In this document: positions 1 through 8,447 of the stretch, one piece after another
Layout of the letters: each line of letters starts with the position of its first letter
Position numbering within the stretch: position 1 is the first letter of the stretch
Source of the DNA: Candidatus Latescibacterota bacterium
GTDB lineage: Bacteria; Latescibacterota; UBA2968; GCA-2709665
DNA: 64,000 nt
Assembly: GCA_965226795.1 (NCBI GenBank)
Contig: CBDDDZ010000004.1
Span: forward strand, 352,001 to 416,000
Direction of reading: 5' to 3'
The notes under the pieces: model-generated
What the model saw: only the letters and a program-made list of their open reading frames with translations
Told to the model about the DNA's origin: nothing
Database searches by the model: none
Made by a program: the position numbers and the translations under genes

Positions 1-125
1 CGCGGTTGAGTGTGATAAAAAGCAGATGCATTGAGATAGCAGGCCCGCCATGGAATGGAGAAACCGGATCACAGAAGGGTATCAACCGCCCGTCCATCCG
101 TGTACCGGCCTCCCGCTCCCGGCCC

Positions 126-293
126 CTGGTGTTCTGTCCCGGAAATAGATTGCCGAAATTAAGCCGACGAGTCGCCCGGCTGGCAAGACGCCTGAGCAAG
201 GCGACATGCGCAAGGTCGGGGAGCGAAGGCAACGCAGTCAGACGGGATGAATCGTTGGAAGAATGGTGACATATTTCTGGGACGGGACACTAA
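126..293. mobile_element. MITE-like structured repeat, copy 1 (most diverged)
   Basis: Aligns by eye with 34292-34482 and 50831-50998. Imperfect terminal inverted repeats TGTTCTGTCCCGGAAATA / TATTTCTGGGACGGGACA. Right end overlaps the TAG stop (290-292) of the PTS EIIA gene. Confidence 0.8.
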
Positions 294-748
294 AACGGCT
301 CCTGTGAGCGGATGATGTCGATAATCTCTCCCTGTGACGCGGCCCTGAGTACCTCCCGTCGGATCTCCTCGCGGTCAAATATGCGGGCGGTGCGGCTCAG
401 TACGCTCATGTAAGCCGGCATGGATGCCTCGGAAGAAAGAATGAGGAAAATCAGGTGTACGGGCTGCCCGTCCAGGCTCTGAAAGTCGATGCCATTCCTG
501 GATATGCCCAACGCCGCGACCACACCCCCGATGTCGTCCGACCGGGCGTGCGGTATCGCCACGTCCTGGTCCACACCGCTGGTCTTGATGGCCTCTTGTT
601 CCAGAATGAGACCAAGCAGCGCGTCGGGATCGGGCAGATTGACCGACCGGCCCATAGTTTCGATCATCTCGCGGACGGCCCCGTCCCGATCGGGACTGGC
701 AAGGTTGAGCTCGATACGGTCAGGGGCCAGTGCGTCGCAGAGTTTCAT
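290..748 (-). CDS. PTS EIIA component (Fru/Mtl/Ntr-type)
   Basis: 152 aa with the phospho-His motif GVDQDVAIPHAR and the DGQPVHLIFL signature. Confidence 0.9.
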   Translation of the reverse strand: MKLCDALAPDRIELNLASPDRDGAVREMIETMGRSVNLPDPDALLGLILEQEAIKTSGVDQDVAIPHARSDDIGGVVAALGISRNGIDFQSLDGQPVHLIFLILSSEASMPAYMSVLSRTARIFDREEIRREVLRAASQGEIIDIIRSQEPF

Positions 749-764
749 AGGGCTGGTTTCCGTT

Positions 765-2000
765 TTACCGGATCTCTACGGTGGTCGTGCGACGTTGCGG
801 ATCGAGCGCGACGTAGGTTGCGCCGTTCTCCCGGTAGAAGGTCCGGCTTTCGAAGGCGGCCCTGGTGTGTGCGCGGGCAAGCGGCCTGCCGTCTACGGAC
901 ACGGACCTGATCTCCCGGTCAGTGAAGCATAGCGTCAGTTCCGGCATGCGTACGGGCAGGTCGAGCGTGACGGTGTTGCCTTCAACTGTGAGTTCGGCCA
1001 TCTCCCTCATGATGGCGTAGGTAGTAATCTCGCTGCATTTGCGCCACCGGGTGCGTTCATTCGCCGGATCGCGTTCCCTCAGCCGGCGGACTACGGTTTT
1101 AAAGGCGTTAAAGCCCCGGCGGTCTGCGTCGTGGAGTCCGTAAAAGCCCTGCCAGTGGCTGATGAGTACCGCAGGATCACCGGCATCGATAACAGCCGGT
1201 AAACGCCCGCCCTGAAGGTCGGCGGTGATGTATTTGTCGGGATTGACTTCACCGTACCCCGTCCAGGATCCGGTCCAATCCCCGGTACATGCGATAATCT
1301 CGCCCATCGCCGTTCCGGCGTTGCGGTCGGGGTACCACACCGGGGTCTCCACCGCGCCGTTGGACACGCGTTTAAACAGATAGGGCGTGGGGTTGCCCGT
1401 GACACGCCGGCAGGCGGCTTCGGCGCATCTGGCGTAGAAGTCGAGCGGATTCCCGAACCCGCCGGGCGACGTGACGCCATCGGGCGTCAGGCCCACGTTG
1501 TGGAGAATTTCACAGGCGAGCGCGATGTAGTCCGTTACCAGTTCCTCCCTATCGGTCGGAAGCTGGTGCCATCCCCACTGTTCCCAGAGGTTGGGGTCCA
1601 CCGGCCGCAACGTCTCCAGGTCCACCACAAATGTGTGGGTAATCATTTCGGGTGTGATGTCGTAGTTGGGCACGATGAATTCGCGGCACATATCCAGCCA
1701 GCTTTCCTGCTGGGCTTTGCTGAAAAGCGGCAGACCGTGGTCGATGCGCCCCAGCGCCGCGGGACAGGGTACGACGCTGAACTTCCCCTTTACGCCCTCG
1801 TCGAGGCAGTATTCGGCGAATTCCCGGGTGAAGGACTCGGGGTGGACGACGGGTACGTCCTCCCAGCGGCGGTGCTGGCCGTCGATAGGGTTTCTGTCCC
1901 TCATGAAGAAGTAGTTGAGGTTGACCAGCAACGTGGAGTCGTCGAAGATGATCGAGAGGGGCACGCGGTCAAGGGCGTGACGGGCGATTTCGACGCGCAT
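765..2000 (-). CDS. Conserved hypothetical protein, possibly deacetylase/glycoside-hydrolase-like barrel
   Basis: 411-aa ORF in an operon arrangement. IIFDDS, THT and SHWQ motifs are reminiscent of NodB-like barrels; function not assigned. Confidence 0.7.
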   Translation of the reverse strand: MRVEIARHALDRVPLSIIFDDSTLLVNLNYFFMRDRNPIDGQHRRWEDVPVVHPESFTREFAEYCLDEGVKGKFSVVPCPAALGRIDHGLPLFSKAQQESWLDMCREFIVPNYDITPEMITHTFVVDLETLRPVDPNLWEQWGWHQLPTDREELVTDYIALACEILHNVGLTPDGVTSPGGFGNPLDFYARCAEAACRRVTGNPTPYLFKRVSNGAVETPVWYPDRNAGTAMGEIIACTGDWTGSWTGYGEVNPDKYITADLQGGRLPAVIDAGDPAVLISHWQGFYGLHDADRRGFNAFKTVVRRLRERDPANERTRWRKCSEITTYAIMREMAELTVEGNTVTLDLPVRMPELTLCFTDREIRSVSVDGRPLARAHTRAAFESRTFYRENGATYVALDPQRRTTTVEIR

Positions 2001-2069
2001 CAGGGGCTCCGTGGGGCTATGACTCCGTGAGATTCCAAGTGCCGGGTCTAAACAGACCCGATCGTAATT

Positions 2070-3185
2070 CTAGGCTGAAGGCGCGGCTTCCAGAACCTGC
2101 TTCAGTCGGCGGGCGACAATGACGTCCTCGCCGTATTCCATCATGTAGGGCATGACTTCCACGCCATTCCCGGTGTGGAAAAGCTCGATGCGCGGGTCGG
2201 CGTCGGAGAGTTGCCGCCTGGCTTCTTCCGGCGTGATGCGGACGGTTTCCGGATCCCAGTTGACGGCCAGCACAGGGGCGACGTTGGACCGGCCGGGTTG
2301 ACGGATGTCCGTCGTCAGGGTCGGTATATGTGCAACCGAGTCTGCGATCGTGTCGAGGCGGCGCTCCCATTCCTTCCACTCAGCGGCGTGGTCTCGTCTG
2401 GCCCATTGTTCCACGGCCGTGAGGAGGCCCATCACTTCCTCTTTTCCCGCCTTCATCGGTCGGGCGAGCGAATGGTGGGGGGCGCCGTTCATGAAAGCGG
2501 CGTGGAGAATGTCCTTCCGGCCCAGAACCAGACCGGACGCCTGGGGACCGCGAAGACACTTGCCGCCGCTGTAGGCGACCACGTCCACCCCTTCGGTCAG
2601 ATAGGGATTCGGCACGTCCGGACGTTCGGCGGCTGCGTCGACGAAGGTGGGGACGTTGTGTTTCCGGGAAATGGAGACCATGTCCGTCACGGAGACGGTG
2701 CCCCGATCGGCCGCGTCGCCGAATATGGCGATCATGGCGGTCGACGCGTCGATGGCAGCCTCCATTTCGTGAGGGGTTTCAACCTCGACGATTTCCACGC
2801 CGACCATGCGGATGGCGTGGTCATAGACGTGCCGGTGGGAGGGCTGCGTGATGACCCGGTTTCTCATGCCCGACGTATCGGGCAGGCGTTTCATGCTTTC
2901 GGGATCCAGGCCCGCCACGCAGGCGGCGGTGACCTGGCATAGCGCTGCGGCGCAACCGCTGGTGACGATGCCCCATTCGCATTCCATAAGTTCCGCGATC
3001 CGGGCACCGACCCTTTCCATCAGTTCGTCCAGATGCACGTACGCTTTGGAGGCTTCCTGTACGGCCTGGCGGACTTCCGGCAGCATCAAAGAGCCCGAGA
3101 TGATGGTGTAGGTTCCCATACAGTTGATCAGTGGACGAACCCCGATGGACTCGTACGTGGCGCTGGCCGGAGACGACGTGGACAT
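2070..3185 (-). CDS. SelA-like PLP-dependent enzyme (DgaE-like ammonia-lyase family)
   Basis: GVRPLINCMGTYT, VDAAAE and YSGGKCLRGPQASG (PLP Lys). Start placed at ATG 3185. Confidence 0.85.
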   Translation of the reverse strand: MSTSSPASATYESIGVRPLINCMGTYTIISGSLMLPEVRQAVQEASKAYVHLDELMERVGARIAELMECEWGIVTSGCAAALCQVTAACVAGLDPESMKRLPDTSGMRNRVITQPSHRHVYDHAIRMVGVEIVEVETPHEMEAAIDASTAMIAIFGDAADRGTVSVTDMVSISRKHNVPTFVDAAAERPDVPNPYLTEGVDVVAYSGGKCLRGPQASGLVLGRKDILHAAFMNGAPHHSLARPMKAGKEEVMGLLTAVEQWARRDHAAEWKEWERRLDTIADSVAHIPTLTTDIRQPGRSNVAPVLAVNWDPETVRITPEEARRQLSDADPRIELFHTGNGVEVMPYMMEYGEDVIVARRLKQVLEAAPSA

Positions 3186-3499
3186 GGGCAGTTTCCCGTT
3201 GGAGTAAGGTGTAAAAAAGTGAATTGTTCGCACCGGCTCGTACAACCTTAATTCGTTCCGAGTCAGTCGCCGCCGCCTGTTGGATTGATCCCACGGGACT
3301 GGTGTCGCCTGCTGTCGCCAGACGCAGGCCGGCGCCGTTCCGGACGGGCCGGGCCTCCGCCATCAAGATTCTACAACAACCGCGTTGGGATTGCAAGTCC
3401 GATATTCTCAGGATTTCCAGGGGCCGTCTCGCAACACGGATCGACACGGTTTTCCCTTTCTGGCGACAAATCGTAAGGATACCGGCACGGGAACGTAAC

Positions 3500-3800
3500 T
3501 CAGATGTGATACCAGTAATGGATGGACGTTCCTCTGAAGGTGTGATGCTGGAGGCGGGGCTGTGCGGGCTGCCGACAATCGGGGCGAGCATCGAGGGAAT
3601 TCGCGATGTGATCCACGAAGGCGAGAACGGACACCTGGTGGAAAGCGGTGACGCCGGGGCCTTTGCGCTGGCGGTGATGCAATACGCCGGGCGCCGGTTT
3701 CTTCTCGAGCGTATATCCGAAAGGACCGAGCGTTACACAAGACAGTTCGGCTGGTCTGAAATCGTTAGTCGTTACGAAAGGATGCTGAGGGAAGTTTGCG
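3500..3800 (+). pseudogene. GT4 glycosyltransferase C-terminal remnant
   Basis: EGVMLEAGLCGLPTIGASIEGIRDVIHEGENGHLV...FGWSEIVSRY matches a GT-B C-terminal half with a degraded EGFG motif. No intact N-terminal domain upstream. Confidence 0.7.
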
Positions 3801-4453
3801 TCCGACAGACGGGACTCACAGGAAACCCGGGAGACATCCGGGAGTCGGGTAACGGAAGGCCGGCGGGCTGCCGTTGTTGGAGATGCACTGGGCCGCACCG
3901 GCGGCGCGGATCGGACCGGCGAACGGACGGGGAGGCGGAAAGGTAAGCTGTCCGGATGTACGCAACATCAGGATATCGTCTCCTCAGACCGCGCTTCCCG
4001 GTAAAATCAGGAAACATGTGACGGTGGTGGCCAGACCGCCGACGCTGAACTCCGGAAGGCGAGCCGGCGCGGATACGTTGCAATCCAACAGATAGTGATC
4101 GATGTCGATTAAGGTATATGACGATTGTTACCATCTGGTGAAGGCGGTGTTAAGATTCGGAGAAGTTCGGGTCGTTGCGGGGAGGGCGATATGAAGTGGG
4201 GCTGATCGAGCGTTGAAATCGGACACGATCGCTTTACGCGGGGATCGGGAGGAAAGGGCGGGATTTCGACCGGCCGGAGGATGTGGGAGATGTGGTGCGG
4301 GACGAGTTGCTCAGCAGGACGCGCCTATGGGCAGGTTCTCTATTCACTGCGCTATAACGTCTCCAGAGTCGTCAATGACACGAGTCACGAAGGAACATCG
4401 CGGGCGGGCGGGTGCGCCCGGGATGGCATCGGGAAGACGTTCAGGGCAAGACC

Positions 4454-7400
4454 CTACTGCGCGAGGATAAAACTGGCCTGTTTCCGGGCCATTTCACCGC
4501 TCTTCATATCGATAACGGTTACGTTCAGGGCGTACTTGCCCGCGGGGCGGTTCTCCAGCTTGAGTTCCACGTATTCGACTTCCTGGGTGTCCACACCCTC
4601 CAGTTCGTAGGCAACTTCCAGTGCTTCCCGTTTGCCTTTCCTCCACCGGGTCAGGCTGGAGATGATACCGAGAACGCCAGGGTTGTCATCAGACGTGACG
4701 TTGTAGGATACCTGGAAGTTCGTATGCCCGAATTCGTCCTGCGTCAGGTTGTAGATTTCGTAATAGACGAATACATTCTGGCCTACCCTGTAGGTCCGCG
4801 TAGGCATCGGTATGACCCGCAGCTTGCCTTTGTTGAATTTATCCTCGTTCGTGCTTCTGGAAATCCGCCATGCCATTTCCAGGTCGCTCACCTGCAGGCT
4901 CTTTCGGTCATAGGACTCGATCTCAACGTCCTGCCGATACCGCCCTTGCTGTACGGCCAGGTGATCTTTTATTTTAACTTCCATCCGATAGAGCCCGGGG
5001 GGCACGTCCATGCGCGCGAGGTCCGGCACGAACGCGCTCCGTTCCCCGGTCACGTCCCCTTTTGCCGCGAAGTATATCTTTTCCTCGCTCCGGTAGACCG
5101 CTCCGGTTGTCGGATTCCGCAGGGCCACGGTCCGGTCGACCTTTATCTCCGTCCGGTTGCCATCGTCCAGGTAGTGTCCCTGGTGACGCGGTATCCCCAC
5201 GTAGACTTCAAGCGCGGTCGCGTATTCCCTTTCGCTTTTGAAATCAGCCGAGGCGAAATAGAATTCCATTGGCGACGTGTTTTTCGGCGGTACGTAGTAG
5301 TTCGGCTGTGCCGCGACGGCCATATGGTAGACGTTGCGGGGGTTGTACCGGGTCATCATAGCCTGCTGGCGGACGGGAATACCGGCATCCAGCGGGACAG
5401 GCGCATAGTTGAAGGTGCCGTTGTGGAATTCGTCGGTGAGCGTAATCTCGATTCCGCCCCCTACGTTGACGTAGGTCCAGGTCTCCCATGGGACCATCGA
5501 GGCGTCGTCCGCAGCAGTAACCGGGCTGAAGCCCCCGGATCTTCCGCTGCCGCGCAGGCTGCGCACCGGGTAGACCGGGCCGACGTAGGTGGCGCCGGGT
5601 CCGGAGGACTGGATTGGCGCATCGGCCCAGCTGTTATCCTCGACGTCGTTTACGGGATCCACCAATATGTTCGGCGGCATGGCAGACCCGTACAGCGCCC
5701 TGGCAAGCCGTTCCTTTACCCGCTGAACCGGTAGGGATTGCTGGAAGTTCATGTCGTCGGAGCGGGACCTGTGGTTGGGCTCGCCGAACCTGATGTAGAC
5801 TTCGCCGCGCTGGTCCCACGGCTGCTTTCCCTCCGAGAAATTCTGCCGGGCGTACCACACGCGCAGATAGTGCTCGAGGCGGCGTTCATTGGCCGCCGTG
5901 GTCAGGTCCGGGTCTTGTTGCGACCAGAAGGCCTCCACAAACGTACGTCTGCCGGACGCCGGAGTCTCGTCAAATGCCGCCAGTGTCTTGGAAGGGGAGA
6001 CCAGCCGGATATCGTCGTAGTGCACCCGCTCGGCCTCGTCGGCCCCCTCGAGATAGTCTCTGAAAAAGGCGGCGGCCCTGTCGTAGGCCTCAAGCTTCAT
6101 GCAGGCCTGTGCGAGAATCGGCAGGACCTGGTCGTCTTCCGGATTCTGCACGGCGTAGTCCTCCAATACCTCCAGGATACGGCCGTAGTCCTTCGTTCTC
6201 AGGTAGATCGCTCCCAGCCGCTTCCGTCCCTCCGGGTCGTCGGGTCGCAGGCCCATATATTGAGCATAGTAGAGCGCGGCTTTTTCGTAGTCTTTCTCGA
6301 ATTCCTCGACCCATTTCCCCATCAGCAGATAGGCCGGGGCATAGCGGGGGTCTATTGCCAGCACTTTTTTGATTTCCCTTCGCACGTCGTGTTCTTCCAG
6401 TTCGTGCCGTATATCGGCAATATTGAATCGGGCTTCCACGTGGTCCCGCTTGTACTGGAGGGCTTTCTGGAAATAGCGGATGGCGTCGTACGATCCTCTG
6501 GGCCATTTGCGATAGGTGAGACCCAGCCCGTAGTAGGCTTCAGCCAGTCTATGGTCGCATTCGATCGCGCGTTCGAAGGCTTTAATGGCGCGCACCAGCC
6601 TCCCGACCTCCAGATAGGCGAACCCGAGCCTGCTGTGCCCGCGGGCGAAATCCTGCGCCACGCCGGCCAGAATTTCCAGGGTAGAGATCGCCCGGAGCGG
6701 CTCATGTGGGGTGAGTTCAATGCCGAGGGTGAGGAGGGAGTCGATCTGCGTCCTTCCCACGCGCCGGTCGACGGTTCGGTAACCCGCGCCGCTGCGGACG
6801 GATTCGACCAGGTGACCGTCGTGGAAGAAACTGGTGACAACGGCTTCGCCGCCCTCGGCTTCCGGACGGTATCCGTGCGCATAGCTGATCCGGCGGCCTT
6901 TTTCAGGGTCCACCGCCGAGCGAAACAGCGTTTTCATGACAATCGAGTCCGCCGGCGTCAGCGGTTGGGTTTCAATCCAGTTTTTGAGGGTCGCCAGGTC
7001 GGACGGCCGCTGGTTTTCATGGGCCCGTTCATAGGCGTAAAGGACGTCCCCGATAACGGTCAGATGGTCCCGGCAGACCCAGCGGGCGCCGGGCGTCTGT
7101 CCGGCTTCCCGGGCCGTTGCGGCCAGGGCCTTTACGTAAGACAGGACTGGCTCCTCGTAGAGCCCGTGCTTTTTGAATCGCCCGGGCAGGGCCTCCCATG
7201 CCCGGGCGGCCTTACGGTAACGGTCCACCGCCGAGCGGAATTCCCAGCGGTGCACGGTGTTGTACGCCAGGGCCGAGGCGTTGAACGCGGTCGCAACGCT
7301 CCACAGCACCGCCCTGGCGGGCGGACTCGGGGCCGGAGGGCTTACGGGCTCCGCATCCGGCGGCGTTCCCGGTTCCACGTCGACGGTGTTGGACAATCGT

Positions 7401-7474
7401 ACGATGGAACCATCGCGGATCGAGATTTCCCAGACAGTGGATGGGACGAGCGGTACGGATCGCTCCGGCACCAT
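4454..7474 (-). CDS. TPR repeat + GWxTD-domain protein
   Basis: TPR helices, FWSQQDPDLTTAANE and PWDQRGEVYIRFGEP motifs, C-terminal Ig-like beta domains. Paralog of 59133-61595. The true 5' end appears disrupted. Confidence 0.85.
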   Translation of the reverse strand: MVPERSVPLVPSTVWEISIRDGSIVRLSNTVDVEPGTPPDAEPVSPPAPSPPARAVLWSVATAFNASALAYNTVHRWEFRSAVDRYRKAARAWEALPGRFKKHGLYEEPVLSYVKALAATAREAGQTPGARWVCRDHLTVIGDVLYAYERAHENQRPSDLATLKNWIETQPLTPADSIVMKTLFRSAVDPEKGRRISYAHGYRPEAEGGEAVVTSFFHDGHLVESVRSGAGYRTVDRRVGRTQIDSLLTLGIELTPHEPLRAISTLEILAGVAQDFARGHSRLGFAYLEVGRLVRAIKAFERAIECDHRLAEAYYGLGLTYRKWPRGSYDAIRYFQKALQYKRDHVEARFNIADIRHELEEHDVRREIKKVLAIDPRYAPAYLLMGKWVEEFEKDYEKAALYYAQYMGLRPDDPEGRKRLGAIYLRTKDYGRILEVLEDYAVQNPEDDQVLPILAQACMKLEAYDRAAAFFRDYLEGADEAERVHYDDIRLVSPSKTLAAFDETPASGRRTFVEAFWSQQDPDLTTAANERRLEHYLRVWYARQNFSEGKQPWDQRGEVYIRFGEPNHRSRSDDMNFQQSLPVQRVKERLARALYGSAMPPNILVDPVNDVEDNSWADAPIQSSGPGATYVGPVYPVRSLRGSGRSGGFSPVTAADDASMVPWETWTYVNVGGGIEITLTDEFHNGTFNYAPVPLDAGIPVRQQAMMTRYNPRNVYHMAVAAQPNYYVPPKNTSPMEFYFASADFKSEREYATALEVYVGIPRHQGHYLDDGNRTEIKVDRTVALRNPTTGAVYRSEEKIYFAAKGDVTGERSAFVPDLARMDVPPGLYRMEVKIKDHLAVQQGRYRQDVEIESYDRKSLQVSDLEMAWRISRSTNEDKFNKGKLRVIPMPTRTYRVGQNVFVYYEIYNLTQDEFGHTNFQVSYNVTSDDNPGVLGIISSLTRWRKGKREALEVAYELEGVDTQEVEYVELKLENRPAGKYALNVTVIDMKSGEMARKQASFILAQ

Positions 7475-7809
7475 GGTAAGACGTATGCAGGGGGACTCTT
7501 AAGGGGCGTTTCCCGATAGCGAAGTCGCTTCCCCGCGCGCAACCCACTCGAGAGGTCCGGGCTGGCCCGGAAAGGTGCCGAGATGGCGAAGCGGGCGACC
7601 GCTGGTTTCCACCCAGATCTCGGTAATGGCGGCGGAACCGGTTTCCAGCCCGATCGCCCATGCGGAACGTCCTCCGCTGGTTGTAGATATCGCGGTTTGT
7701 CGAACTTCCGCGTTGAGATCCTCATACGGCTGAATGTGGAAATCAACAAGGCCGAAAACAGAATCAATACCCGCTCTTTCGCACGCACAAATTCACCAGG
7801 TGGTGTCAT
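7475..7809 (-). pseudogene. Disrupted 5' end of the GWxTD gene
   Basis: GAGG then ATG 7809 gives signal-like RVLILFSALLISTFS in one frame. Protein-like AWAIGLETG...EIWVE...LEW lies in the GWxTD frame, which has a TAA at 7499-7501. Confidence 0.5.
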
Positions 7810-8038
7810 TTCATTAACCTCTTGCGCTAATGGCGGTTGATCACCTACTCCTGTCCGAGGCCGTGAGAACACGTCTCGTCGTATTCCTTCCCCTGCCGTA
7901 TCTTTTTTCAAGACGATAGCCGTTTGGAAAAACCCATGTCTGCCTGCCAGGCTATCGGACGGCGACCCCTCCCCCGGCGCGGGGAGGGGAGCAGTGCCCG
8001 TACACGGGATTTCCAGGCTTCGGGTTGATGTATGCGAG

Positions 8039-8142
8039 CAGACAGGAATGTCCGCTCCACCTTCCAGGCGTCGTTGTCGCTTGTCCGGATCCGCGAGACG
8101 TTGAGGAAGTGCGTGTGATGGTGGGGTAGACATTCCTGTCTG
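8039..8142. repeat. Inverted pair of REP-like units (CAGACAGGAATGTC...CCACC)
   Basis: 8039-8061 and 8120-8142 are near reverse complements. A third unit lies at 17076-17100. Confidence 0.7.
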
Positions 8143-8175
8143 TCCTTCTCGTGTTTACGCGACGCTTCGTTTGAC

Positions 8176-8215
8176 TCCCCCTCTCCTCGCAGGAGAGGGG
8201 GCAGGGGGGAGAGGT
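8176..8215. repeat. REP-like palindrome CCCCCTCTCCT-cgc-AGGAGAGGGGG
   Basis: Perfect 11-bp stem followed by a G-rich tail. A related CCCCTCCCC...GGGGAGGGG lies at 7966-7989. Confidence 0.55.
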
Positions 8216-8447
8216 CCTTCTGCCGGAATGCAGCCAGACGGATACCGCCGTATGAAGAGGGACTGACGCGCTGCCTGGCATCGACATCTCTATCGTGGAT
8301 CTCCTGATGGGTTGCGGTTGAACATACCATAGTCGCGCCTGGTCATTCCCAACATCACGTCCATCACAGTCTCTCCACGACTTTTAATCAGGTTCCAATC
8401 CTGTTAATCCCGTGAATCCTGATCCGGGTTTTAATCAGCTTTTATCA

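Noticed and set aside
6..269. Small ORFs sharing RRVARLARRLS (also 34316-34573 and the antisense yiaK N-terminal extension)
   Set aside because: They are translations of the repeat element, with starts and stops that are not conserved between copies.
2070..3185. Selenocysteine synthase selA
   Set aside because: It is shorter than true SelA, no selB/selC/selD is nearby, and the motifs fit the SelA-like DgaE group.
5738..7519. Long antisense ORFs (also 4412-5734, 18873-20483, 27631-29160, 41617-43515, 52842-54443)
   Set aside because: These are shadow frames opposite well-supported genes in GC-rich DNA and show no motifs.
7590..7640. GGTTTCCA-containing repeat / inverted repeat as a REP
   Set aside because: Better explained as coding sequence of the broken GWxTD N-terminus (LETG and VETS codons).
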